DNA of 64,000 bases from Octopus sinensis (GCF_006345805.1 NC_043002.1:84692001-84756000); one strand, 5' to 3'. Positions 39,200 through 52,110 are shown, counted from the stretch's first letter. Translations and numbers: made by a program. Notes: generated from the sequence alone by a model not told the origin.

Positions 39200-40900
39200 G
39201 TACAATGTGGAGACCAAACCAAATCCCGAGCAATTTAATCTATCCGTTCAACTAGAGCCCCACGACGCTGTTGGACCTCATGGACCTGCTCTTCCAGGTG
39301 CCGAGCTGTTGGCTCAACGGCGTCTGGTTAGTTTTTGCTCCTGTTACTGCCTCGAAGTTCGTCAGAATAATGGCGATCACAATGGGTTTCGTGTCCCACA
39401 CTATTTAGATGACGTTGCTTGCATATTGAAACACGGATCTGCCACGTTCTAATTCTCGTTTGATGCTCATTGATGCTGCCTTCTACTTCAGCAGTAGAGG
39501 GCCTAGAGTCAGTATGTACAGAAGTGAGAAGATGGTGTCTCCCTGACGCAACCAGCCGCTTTGAGGACAGTTGTCGTTCGCCCCCCTTTCTATGATGTAT
39601 CGCGTGAGATTGAGTTTGTTGTGGATAGATCTGTGTGGTATGGCGCATGTCTGTGCTTCACCTACCTGAGTGTCGATGACAAGCGCCATGCTCTTCGCTA
39701 ACACCTTGGCCAAAATTTTTCAACTCTGTATTTAGCAGACTGAATTTGTTAAAATAATTCCCCTTGTTCGAGTCCTTTCTCAGCAGCACCTTTATAGCGC
39801 TTTTCTTAGAAGCGGTTATTCTCGCGTTCTGCTGCTAGTCACAGTAGATATCTACCAAGAAGCCCTCGAGCAAGTTTGGCATATGATGATAAAGCCTATA
39901 GAGTAAACCATCCAGCCATGGCGATTTCACCATCATCACTTACCTTATTTCGTCAGCTGTAGTCGGCTTTTTGCAGAGCTCTGCATCCACAGCTGAGAGC
40001 CGCTGCAAGCCATCGAAGTCTCCAGTCCACCGTCTTCCCCAAACAACTGAGCGAAGTGCTACCGAAAAGCTACACACATCTGCTTGGAATCGAGTAGCAC
40101 GTGCTCCGGCAAAAACCGAATTGTGGCTTTGTTGCTGCGTGGCACCTCTGCCACACTGGTCAATCGAACGCCTTTGGTTTCTTCATGCTTTAGCGTGCGC
40201 ACCCTTGCTCTGACAATGCAACCTCCGTACTTAGCGTGTAAGAATCGGTCAAAGGCTAATCTTGCCGCCAGAATGTCATTCTCAATGCCTTTTCTAAGCA
40301 AAGAAGCTCACCCTCTTTGCTACAATTCTTTATCACCATTTCCTTGTTAAACCTTATCGATTCTAATCTTATTGTCTTTTTCAGTGCTAACCCCCATCTC
40401 TTGTTGTCGATTACCCTTGTGAATTCCCTCTTAACTAGTTCTCTAATCCGTTCTCTAGAAATATTAACCGGGTCCCTGTGTATTTAGGTCAACCCATGTG
40501 TATTTTGGTTAAACCGTACAGATCACAAATTTGTAGCCTGAATAGCCGATGGCTTGGAATTGTGGACAACTTATGCTATCCCTGTCTACTGGCCTATAGA
40601 ATGTTCTATTTGCATATAGTTTTCAAGTTATGTGGCTCTTCGAAAGTGCTGAATCTGAAGATCTCCCCCTCTCTGTTTCTAACTTCTCTTTCTCTTCGAT
40701 GAAGGACATCTATTTGTTTGCTTGTACTTTTTAATACAAAGTTTGGGTGGATGCGTTTTGTTGGTGTTATGTTTGTGTGCCCGTCTGCTGGAGATATTCC
40801 TGTGTATGTCTTCTTTTTGTTGTTGGTGAAGTTGTTTCTGTGGATTTATGTATGAGCTCACTAGCAAGGATATCAAATTTAATGTTCAGAAGACTGAACA
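39200..40900 (-). mobile_element. Tx1-like LINE, internally deleted
   Basis: KYGGCIVRARVR (EN-RT linker), AKVLAK..QTCAIPHRSIHNKL..LRQG (RT), FEAVTGAK..QLGTWKS. Confidence 0.8.
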
Positions 40901-41807
40901 TTAAATTAGTATTTCTGGTACTCTGAAACGAATTATATCTTTTCTTTACAAATCGTTACAACAGAAAGTAACTACATGAAATTTCTTGTTGAACGTGTAA
41001 ACAAGTACTTAAAGTTAAAATAAGTGATAAAAGAGCAAGGAAATCCGTATCGGTGGTATCCGAATAAATCTATATTTTGTTTACGCTCTCAATTGTTCTT
41101 TCATAAATTTCGATTTGAATCATGCTTAATATTTTCTTCTTAACTCTTTGGTGTAGATGAATTCAAGCTTATGTATAAAATATTTGCTCTTCTTTAATCT
41201 ACTACTAAAAAAGAGAGACAAACAGAACCTCTAAATAGATGTTCGATATACTAGAAATAGCAGCCAAATATCCTCTCTCTCTGGAGTCACATTGACCGTT
41301 CTAAAAATGTGAAGGATGCATTAGATGATTGTAGTAGTAGATATATTTAGAATAATTGGTTGATCTACATATGTCGTAAGTTTTGATCAATCATGGCCGA
41401 CATAAGCCTGAACAACAACAGCAACAACTACGAAACAACAACAACAATAAGTGAATGCATATTTTGAACAAATGATAAAATGTTCATCTACAGAATAATA
41501 AGTTACCTATTGATTATGAGTCTTGAAAATGAATCCTGGTTTCTGGTCAGAAGTATATAGTTACAAAATGCCTGATTCCCAACCAAATCATATCTTACTG
41601 TAAGCCACAGTAAATGCAATTCCCAGCGACAGTATGTAACCGCAACATATCTAATTCACAGCCAAATTTTAACTTTCTCTATGCCACAATATATTTCATT
41701 TTAGCTACGGTATGTTTCACTCTCAGTCCTAATATATCTCACTCCAAGCCAGAATACAATCTTATTCCCAACCACACACAGACACACAGACACACAGACA
41801 CACACAC

Positions 41808-41840
<33 letters not shown>

Positions 41841-41897
41841 TGTATGTATGTATGTATGTATGTATGTATGTATGTATATATATATATATTATATATA

Positions 41898-41944
<47 letters not shown>

Positions 41945-42760
41945 TAAATAGATGTGTGTATTTTTAACAATTAACACGGAAAATATATAAATAGTTCCAG
42001 GGTAGCAAAAAATCACACAAGTAAACTCCTCGTTTTTAAAGGTAGAAACTTCGGATTAACATAAATATTTTGTATAATATATATAAAGAAATAAATGGAG
42101 TTAAACGCAGGTGTTATTCAAATTCTTTTACTTCTGACTCATATTTCGAAGATATCACTGGTATTATTCCAAAGGAATAAAATGGTGTAAAGCAATGTAA
42201 GCTCCTCTTCAGGGAAGTGAAGAAATGAAACTCGTTAATAAGACATTTTAACAGAAAATGATGGATATGTATAGTGATTAACTGAACGCTTTTAAGATTG
42301 TTTCAAAAAAACGTTATAGGATATAACGTCAGAGGTAGCCTATAGAAAAAGGAGGGATTAAGGAAAGAAAAACTAAAGAAATGAGAAGTATATAACTATA
42401 TGTATATTAAATAAAACCATATAGGCCACATATTTATTTATATTAAATATTTATTTATATTAAATAAAACCATATAGATCTAAAAGATCACAATAAACAA
42501 TTTAATTTAGATTGGTTGATTCTCTCAATCTCGATACCTTATGATAAAGGCAAGGAATTCTGTAATTCTCTAATTCTGAACTATTTTTATTCTTTTTTTT
42601 CTAAAATTCCCTTGTAAACACGGTTATAGAGCGTGCATACCGATGTAAACATTGTCAGAAACACACCTTTAGTTCATATAAGTGATATCTATTATTATAT
42701 ATAATTTAAACATTAATTTTCTTCTTACATTTCACATTCACTAGATATATATATATTTTT
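41945..42760. mobile_element. Second copy of the 7650-8500 PLE; pLTR on minus, endonuclease fragment on plus
   Basis: 41950-42358 matches 7680-8105; 42478-42755 is the reverse complement of 8120-8380. Degenerate hammerhead at 42130-42218 (GAAAT-ATGA-GTC). Confidence 0.8.
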
Positions 42761-42784
42761 TTCCAAGATATATATATATATATA

Positions 42785-42840
<56 letters not shown>

Positions 42841-42989
42841 AATATACACATATACATACAAACATGCATATACAACTGCATATATGTATGTATACAATCT
42901 CTAGCCACGGTATATCTCGCCTCCCTCTTCAATATATCTAATTACCAGTTACAATGCATCTTACTAACAGCCACAATATTTTCAGTTCC

Positions 42990-43345
42990 CAGCATTTACA
43001 TGATCACAGGAATTTTTAACCCTAAAGTACCTAAAGTAGAAGACTAGTTCAAAAAGTGGCCGAATAATCTCGGGAAATATGATCTTGGTAAACCAGACAA
43101 GCAAGGACTAGAAATTCTCACAGTTCTGTATAATAAACCGTCTGGCAATAAATATCCTGTTGCACCACTCAGTAAAAATTTGGTTCTCACATAAAAGCCC
43201 GACTCTCGGTCATAAATCATAATATCCGGGAAAAACTGGAAGCCCTCCTTAAAGAACAGTAGAGTGTACCACTTAACTGAAGTAGGTTCTGGTCATCTTT
43301 CATGGCAAACTTTGTGGTCACATCCAATATATAAAAAAGAGGAGG
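42990..43345 (+). pseudogene. RTE-like apurinic endonuclease remnant
   Basis: ITGIFNPKV..LGKYDLG..GLEIL and VYHLTEVGSGH resemble the GDFNAKV and GSDH motifs. Confidence 0.6.
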
Positions 43346-43661
43346 AAAAGAAAATATAAAGGGTCCAGAATAGCATGATCTAAATAAAATATATAGGCGT
43401 TGGGGAGAGTGAGTAGTAAAGAAGCTTGCTTCCCAAACATCATGAGGTACTGAGTTCAATTTTATTGCTCGGCACTTTGGGCAAGTGTCTTCTACTATAG
43501 CTACTGGCCGGCTAAAGCACCTTGTAAGTGGATTTCGTAGACAGAAACTGAAAGAAGCTCGTCGAATTCGTGTATGTATGTATATATATACAAGTGAGTG
43601 AATAAATGAAAGGCACTCAACAGGTTTATTGGGAGTTACATGTATAGATCAAGGCAGTTTG

Positions 43662-43790
43662 ATTCAAATTCGTTACTACTCTGAGAATTTAAAGTATGAT
43701 ACTAATCTTCAGCCATTTTGAATTTAAAATTCAAAATGGTTGAAGATTAGCATCAAGCTTGATACTCTCAGTGTACTAACGAATTTGAAT
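43662..43790. mobile_element. ~130-bp imperfect palindrome, MITE-like
   Basis: ATTCAAATTCGTTA..CCATTTTGAATTT / AAAATTCAAAATGG..TAACGAATTTGAAT. Confidence 0.7.
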
Positions 43791-43812
43791 TAAGCCATTT
43801 TGCTCTCTTTCT

Positions 43813-43853
<41 letters not shown>

Positions 43854-43861
<8 letters not shown>

Positions 43862-45055
43862 ATATAGAGGGCATTATACATACATGCCAGGAGGCATTAT
43901 ATATACATGCCAAACGCTAAGAGGGACAATCAGTCATTTCTACCAAAAATATTACTAATCCCACCGAATGCAATTTTTCAAAGTAAGACATTTAAAAAAT
44001 ATAGACCTGTATCACAGTGATTTCATACTTACGTAATCATCAGCAGGCTGAATGTATTATAAATAAACAACGACCCTGCCTCGTTTAAGCCGATCAGCTA
44101 ACTGATCAACATCAACGAAGCACATGGGTGAGTTTATATATATTACATCCGGGTAAATGGTAAACTTTTACGAATTGCATTTCGGGAGAGGAAAAGTTTT
44201 TTCGGAATAAAAATTTAGCAATTAAGGACAACTACTTAATAAGGAAAACTTAACAAGAAATTGTCAGGTAGATAGCGTAAAAACCTCATAAGAGAAAAAA
44301 TTTCGAAAATAATTATTTCTTATTGAACATATTAATTTATATATAGAGGGCATTATACATACATGCCAGGAGGCATTATATATACATGCCAAACGCTAAG
44401 AGGGACAATCAGTCATTTCTACCAAAAATATTACTAATCCCACCGAATGCAATTTTTCAAAGTAAGACATTTAAAAAATATAGACCTGTATCACAGTGAT
44501 TTCATACTTACGTAATCATCAGCAGGCCTGAATGTATTATAAATAAACAACGACCCTGCCTCGTTTAAGCCGATCAGCTAACTGATCAACATCAACGAAG
44601 CACAATGCAATTCGTAAAAGTTTACCATTTACCCGGATGTAATATATATAAACTCACCCATGTGCTTCGTTGATGTTGATCAGTTAGTTGATCGGCTTAA
44701 ACGAGGCAGGGTCGTTGTTTATTTATAATACATTCAGGCCTGCTGATGATTACGTAAGTATGAAATCACTGTGATACAGGTCTATATTTTTTAAATGTCT
44801 TACTTTGAAAAATTGCATTCGGTGGGATTAGTAATATTTTTGGTAGAAATGACTGATTGTCCCTCTTAGCGTTTGGCATGTATATATAATGCCTCCTGGC
44901 ATGTATGTATAATGCCCTCTATATATAAATTAATATGTTCAATAAGAAATAATTATTTTCGAAATTTTTTCTCTTATGAGGTTTTTACGCTATCTACCTG
45001 ACAATTTCTTGTTAAGTTTTCCTTATTAAGTAGTTGTCCTTAATTGCTAAATTTT
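43854..45055. repeat. ~479-bp tandem unit (X-Y-Z-X) followed by its fold-back (Y'-X'-Z')
   Basis: X 43854-44124 and 44333-44604, Y 44125-44180, Z 44181-44332; inverted arm 44605-45055; (TA)n on both sides. Confidence 0.95.
44737..44782 (+). ncRNA. Type I hammerhead ribozyme (minus-strand copies 44004-44049 and 44483-44528)
   Basis: GGCCTG-CTGATGA-T TAC GTAA GTA T-GAA-ATCAC T GTGAT-A-CAGGTC. Confidence 0.8.
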
Positions 45056-45245
45056 ATATATATATATATATTTATATATACATTATTTGAAAGCAGCAGA
45101 ATTATAACAAAAGTTTCACGTTCCCGTTCGTCAGACAGTTTTTCTGCTGGTTTTAAATAAAGCATATTACTCTTCCTCTGGTATTTGAGTACTCTTTTTC
45201 CCACCTTGTTTCATTTTATGTGCTTACTCCGGTACACACACACAC

Positions 45246-45304
<59 letters not shown>

Positions 45305-46210
45305 CTGTGTGTGTGTGTGGAAAAAGGTGAAAGCGGTACAGTGAACTTGACGTAAGGAGTGGAATATCCATTTTGGATTCAATCCTTCGTCAGAGGACAG
45401 ATAAAAAGAGAAGAAAAGGAGAAAAAAGTCAAACAGAGTTTACATCCTCACATATGTGTGCGTGTGAGTATGTGCACGCGCGCGTGTGTCCACCCACCAT
45501 TTGGCAACCGGTGCTCGCTTGTTTATGTTCCTCAACACTTAGTGATGAGAGCGATAGAATAAGTACCCGGTTGAAATGAAGTAAGTACTGCGGTCGATTT
45601 GTTTGATTAAACCCTTCAAAATAGTGCCCCAGCATGGCCGCAGTCCTGTGACGAAAAAAGTAAAAGATAAAAAGCACAAATCTGGCTCAAAAATTTGAAT
45701 TACCGATTGAGGTCGCTTGCGCAACTCTGCTAAAGCACGAAATGGATGGCATAAACGAAGTACATGTATTTTCAAAGAAATAATGAGTAAAATAATAGAA
45801 GTGGTCAACCTGAGAGCTTGAATAAAAACAAGTGAAGGATCTATATATCATTAATAGAGAGGATCTGTGGAAAAGGATAAAAATACCAGAAGGGAAATTT
45901 TGAACGACCCAGACGATATTGTCGAAATCGAACGATACAAAGGACCGAACACACCTCTCATGAAAGCTGTGAAAATGTAAAAGAACAACAATCTACAAGA
46001 CAAAATAGAGCTCTGGGAAGACGATTTCAAACGCAATTGTTACAAATTTTTCAAGTGAGTTTGTGAAAAGGGGCAAAAATAAGCATAAAAACATGCGGAC
46101 AGTAACAGTTATCTCTTCATTCATATGCATTAAACATATATACATACATACCTACACACACACACACCACACACACACAACACACACACACACCACACAC
46201 ACACATACAC

Positions 46211-46241
<31 letters not shown>

Positions 46242-46396
46242 TACACACACATACATACATACATACATACATACATACATACATACATACGTGCATACAT
46301 ACATACATACATACATACATACATACATACATACGTACCTACATACATACATACATACATACATACATACATACATACATACATACATACATACAT

Positions 46397-46945
46397 GGTG
46401 GCTGCCCCCTCGTTATCGAGTATGGCCATTGCACGAAGCCTAATCAATGTTGTTATCGTGCAATGCTTGTGCAAGAAGATTTTTTTTTTAAGTGAGGAAA
46501 GGCTGTGCACTGAGTCAATCCCACTCACTAAGCAACAGCAGCCATAATCCGAAAAGAACAAGTCAACATCATCGGTAACCACTGAGCCGCAGGTTTTATG
46601 TCGGAGTTATCCCAGTTACCTGAGTTACCTTCTCCTAGAAGGATGCCATAACAAAGGCTAGGAGTCCTTCACTCCCAATGGTTTAACCGCGCGATCGGGT
46701 ATTCAGTTCGATTATTTCTATGTCCCCGCGCATGATACATCCTTAAGACATTTATTGGATGGCCGTTGACTCTCAAGAGTTCCTCCGCCCTTTGACGGGT
46801 TTTGTTTTTCATCCCGCAGGGTGTCCAATAACCACCCTCCTCACCAAGCAAGCTTGGTGGGGTTGCCGGTTTAGTCGCCGACGACCCGACCATGCAACAG
46901 GTTGTACTGGGTTACATGTTACCAGTAGCACTCGAAAGTGACCTG
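46397..46945 (-). mobile_element. Short non-autonomous RTE-like element (5' and 3' ends only)
   Basis: GC-rich, non-coding, bounded by (CATA)n and (CATC)n; RTE-like tail CTCGATAACGAGGGGGCAGCCA and structured 5' end. Confidence 0.55.
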
Positions 46946-47149
46946 ACACATACATCCATCCATCCATCCATCCATCCATCCATCCATCCATCCATCCATC
47001 CATACATACATAGATACATACATGTATACATACACACATACATGCATGCATAATACATACATACATACATACATACATACATACATACATCATACATACA
47101 TACATACATACATACATACATACATACGTGCATACATACATACAAAGCT

Positions 47150-50096
47150 GTCTGCATTTAACAAGACCATATATCAGAGTGTTTTTTGGTAGCGCTGCTT
47201 GTACCAACATTTGGGATAATGGACTGGATAAGATTCGCAGCCTGTACGTCAAAACTAGAAAGGTGCTGGTCACAGCTAGCAATTTACGCATCAACAACGA
47301 TATCGATAACATCTATGTGAGACAAAGAGTTGGCGGTAGAAGCACAATATCAGTTCAAACAGCCTTAGAATGTTGCACTGTATCACTTGCTGAACAGTAA
47401 AGAAAGAAATGAGTACATTACATGCATACTCAAAAGTTAGAGCAACAATATTCTTCAGAGTTGGAGAAGAATTACTAAGCAAGTACTCAGAGAATTCAAC
47501 TGTCTCAATTGAACCAAAGGAGGTTGGACTGGCCTACCTAAACAGGAGCGAATATATAATACCAGCAAAAAGCAATGCAATGGTACATGTCCCGTAAGCT
47601 AGAGGATAACGACAACATTGATAGGACGAGTACAGTCGACCTCAAAATTATTCGTATCCATGTTGATTTTTGTGACTTTTAAAACTGTTTGTGTTGAAAT
47701 GAATGCTTTTTGTTAAGTTTGTTTATGAGTTATATGTGACCAACAAATGAAAGAATAACAACAATACACAATTCAAGAAAGTCTTCATATCAGGGGTCTT
47801 TTATTCATGGATTTTCAAAAAATGCCATGTTCAAATTTATTTATACCCTAGGTTTACTGAGTCCAATATCTTTCTGTAATAGTCAATAGAATAGCCTTTG
47901 TTTTTTTTTATGACTGCTTCTAGACGATTCTTGTACGTGTCCACAAGCTTCCTGCATGTCGTCTGTGGCATGTTGGGTCACTCGTCCTTGGTAAAAGCCT
48001 CGAGCTGGGTCAGGTTGGTCGGTTTCCTAACCATCATTCTGTTCTTCAAGTCTCGCCACAAGTTCTCGATCGGATTCAGGTCAGGACTCTGACTTAGCCA
48101 TTCTAGGACGTAGACATCATTGTCCTTGAACAATTTCTTCACTACCTTGGTGGTATGTTTCGGATCATTGTTCTGCTGGTACTTCCAGTTGTGATTTAAT
48201 TGGAGTTTCTCAGCGGATTCCTTCACGTTTTCATCAAGGATCCTGATGTAATCCCCCTTTCTCATGACCCCTTTCACCTTGACAAGGTTCCCTGTGCCAC
48301 TTGAAGAGAAGCATCCCCATAGCATTATGTTTCCACCACCATGCTTGACGGTGAGCTCAGTGTTCTTGGGCTTGTATACTTCACCTTTCTTCTTCCAGAC
48401 GTATTCACCATCCATATGGTGAACACGTCCAACTTCGTCTCATCAGACCACAGGATGGTTGACCAAAATCTGGGATCTTGCTTCAGATGACCTCTAGTAA
48501 AGGCCAGGTGAGCCTCCAGCTGTTTCTTCCTGAGCAGCGGCGTCTTCTAAGGCCTACGTCCATGTAGACCTCCTCTGTGCAAGACACGCTCAATAGTGAA
48601 CCGTGAAACCTTCGTCGCTACCTAGTCAAGCGTTTCAATCAGGGCCTTGGTTGTGGTCCGGGGGTTGTTGACCTCTCGGCAGATTTTCCTGGCAAGTTTG
48701 GGAGACACCTTATGCTTCCAACCACGCCCACTGACGTTTTTAACAGTGTTCAGCCTCTTGTGCTTGTTGATTATGCTCTGGACGGTTGCCACAGGGACAT
48801 CATACTACTTTTAAATGACCTTGTACCCTTTTCCTTCACTGTGGGCACACACAAAACGTTGTCGTAGGTCCTCACTGAGCTCCTTCTTCTTGGCCATGAT
48901 GATCAGAAACTGAAAATGACCGGAACATTTTTCCTCTATATATACTCTGCTTATACTCCTCTGGAAATAACTATAGGACAAAGATTAGTATATTTACAGG
49001 AAGTGAAAACAAGGGCATGAATAATTCTGAACATGTGCAAAAAAGAACTTTAGGTCATAGCTATTATTATGCAAATGAAGTTTAGCCAACTTCTTGTGCA
49101 TAGCAACAAGTAGACAAAGGATACACAGGAAGTACCAACATAAAAGCTTTTACAAATGAAGAATCTAAAAAAAGGAATGTTAGTTTCCATGAGGTATGAA
49201 TAATTTTGAAGACGACTGTACATTACATCCTGCCTTGAGGGATATGCCTTTGCTATTGAGTAACAAGAGTTAGCTACTAAATAACTGATAAATTAGAGTG
49301 CCAATGATACCATCAAAACTCCACGTTGTGATAGAAAATGCCTGCTCTGCTATACTAGTGTGAGAGATATCACCCACATCATCAACAGCTGCCCCAAATA
49401 TTCATGAGATACTACCTATCACTGAATCATGATATAATTACAAAGACTATTTACAGCGCTATCCGTAGGAAGGATTGCCCTGGCGTACATCAAAGTCATG
49501 TCAGAAGCAGCAGGGATTCGTACTTAGAATGCTAGTGGAACATTCCAATAAAAATAGCAATTCGGTGCAAGCATAACAGACCTGATATTGTTCTGTGGGA
49601 CAACGAACAAAGGTCATGCTCTGCTGTAGAGATCAGCTGTTCAGAAGATGTGGATGTATCAAAAGTCCAGAAAAAAGAACATATATGGTGGATTAATGCA
49701 GAATTCAGAGTTCTTGTAACCATAAATTGTACTTACCATCATTTGTACTTAACATCATTTGTACCTACAAATTTACGCAAAACCCTAAAAATACTATAAT
49801 AAATCTCTGAACCAGATGTAAACAGTAACTGCTCGACAACGTAAAGTATACTAGCCATCTCAATATGGCTAACCACTAAGGGTGGGTGTTATTGTAGCTT
49901 TTAGCCCCAGGAGATCATCGTCTCCAGCTGGCTTTAGGCACACTTTCTGTGCCCTTTAGACCTCCCTTTGCAAATACCATAAGGCACAGAAAGTGTGCCT
50001 AAAGCCAGCTGGAGACGATGATCTCCTGGGGTTAAAAGCTACAGTAACACCCACCCTTAGTGGTTAGCCATATTGAGATGGCTAGTATACTTTACG
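47150..50096 (+). mobile_element. RLE LINE 3' portion split by a Tc1 insertion, with fold-back 3' end
   Basis: [19 protein letters not shown] (47150-47400). After the Tc1: LEGYAFAI, CDRKCLLC..DITHIINSC and KHNRPDIVLWD. Confidence 0.85.
47633..49218 (-). mobile_element. Tc1-family transposon, 1586 bp, TA TSD; transposase pseudogene ~47890-48897
   Basis: Termini CAGTCGACCTCAAAATTATTC / GAATAATTTTGAAGACGACTG. MAKKKELSEDLRQR, TVKHGGGNIMLWGCF, QQNNDPKH and SQSPDLNPIENLW. Confidence 0.95.
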
Positions 50097-50459
50097 CCTA
50101 AAAATACTAGTTTTTTTTTTTAAAGAAAGAACAAAAATAAACAGACGGGGATTCTCCATATCCAATCTATTAGCAGCATATTTGAAGATTTGTAAGACAT
50201 TCAAAAGATTCTCCATCCGAAATTCTTCAGATGAATAGATGAACCCACTTGTGTGTGTGCATCGACAGCGTACTTACTCAGTCACCCATTTACAAACAGC
50301 GAGAACTCTTTCAACTAAAGAAGTATTGTCGTTTTCTTATCGACCGGCTGGAACTCTCTTAAAAAGAACTTTTAAGTAAAACTCAAAGAAAAAAACAGCA
50401 TACGTACAAGCGTAAAAAATATACATACATAAATACATACACAACTTACATACTTGAAT

Positions 50460-50710
50460 AATAGAAAGATACATTTGAACAACATGTTTAGCAAATTCCC
50501 AAGCAACCCGGAAGCCACGTAAAAAAAAACCCGGATGCTACTTGTGCAGAAATTAAAAAAAGAAGAAATAGGAAAGGCAATAAAAATAATGAAAAACCGT
50601 AAACTTCTTGACATTGATCCTATCAGTTTCGAATTACTTAAAGCAGGAAAACATATTATGCTATACATAATATTCGACATAGTGTTGAAAAAAATTGCTG
50701 GTAATTCCAA
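50460..50710 (+). pseudogene. RTE-like RT N-terminal remnant
   Basis: EIGKAIKIMKNRK..DPISFELLKAG. Confidence 0.65.
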
Positions 50711-50917
50711 TATACTCTTTCACTCTTTTACTTGTTTCAGTCATTTGACTGTGGCCATGCTGGGGCACCACCTTTAGTCGAGCAAATCGACCCCAGGACT
50801 TATTCGTTGTAAGCCTAGTACTTATTCTATCGGACTCTTTTGCCGAACCGCTAAGTCACGGGGACGTAAACACACCAGCGATGTCAAGCGATGTTGGGGG
50901 ACAAACACACACACACA

Positions 50918-50961
<44 letters not shown>

Positions 50962-51148
50962 ACACACACATACACATATATACGACGGGCTTCTTTCAGT
51001 TTCCGTCCACCAAATCCACTCACACGGCTTTGGTCGGCCCGAGGTTATAGTAGAAGACACTTGCTCAAGGTGCCACGCGGTGGGGCTTAATCCGGAACCT
51101 TGTGGATCATAAGCAAGCTACTTACCACACAGCCAATCCTGCGTCTAC
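50711..51148 (-). mobile_element. SINE family A, full length
   Basis: Reverse complement of 1552-1965, with an internal (CA)n tract. Confidence 0.92.
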
Positions 51149-51302
51149 ATTAAGAACTTGAAAACTACAGAGTAATTTCTTTTATGTCAGTCCTGGAAAA
51201 ACAGAAGGAAAGTGGTTTTGCTGGCCAGTGCTTTGAATAACAATGTGGGCATATGTAATCACCTAAGCTGCTGCAGTAGTGAGAACGGTATAATAATAAT
51301 AA

Positions 51303-51612
51303 AGGCGGCGAGCTGGCAGAAACGTTAGCACGCCGGGCGAAATGCGTAGCCGTATTTTGTCTGCCGTTACGTTCTGAGTTCAAATTCCGCCGAGGTCGAC
51401 TTTACCTTTCATCCTTTAGGGGTCGATAAACACTGGGGTCGACGTAATCGACTCACTCATCTCCTCTTCCAAAATTGCTGCCCTTGTGGAAAATTTTGAA
51501 ATCATTATTATTATTAAGGTGGCGAACTGGCAGAATTGTTTGCGCGCTGGACGAAATGCTTAGCGGTATTTCGCCCGTCGCTACGTTCTGAGTTCAAATT
51601 CCACCGAGGTCA
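51303..51612 (+). mobile_element. Two SINE family C copies (the second is head only)
   Basis: GGCGGCGAGCTGGCAGAAACGTTAG..GAGTTCAAATTCC. Confidence 0.88.
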
Positions 51613-51789
51613 TTATTACTATATTTATCCTACATTATATCGGCACAGCTCGTTACAACCCCACCGCACAAAAAAAAGAAGAAAAACTGCTATTGCCAGC
51701 TGGTATCATTAGACTGTAGCCGGCATAATGTAATAGGAGCTTTTATATACATATTCAAAAACGTTACCCGTAGACGAACTTAAAAAATC

Positions 51790-51930
<141 letters not shown>

Positions 51931-52110
51931 CCATAATAGATCGCTAGCCATTACACATTCTTTATTTTCTCTCCTTGTTTCTTTCCGTGTTCTGTTCTGT
52001 GGAAGAGCGTAGGCTCGAAACGTTAAAGACTTTTTCACTTCCCGAGCGTGATACTAATACATCTGTTTGTTGTCTACACTACCTGTCTTCGTCTTTTGTT
52101 TTTTTTTTTG
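51931..52110 (+). mobile_element. Short pLTR-like repeat with a mini-hammerhead at ~51995-52026
   Basis: TT-CTGTGGA-A-GAGC GTAG GCTC-GAAACGT-T-AA. Confidence 0.6.
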
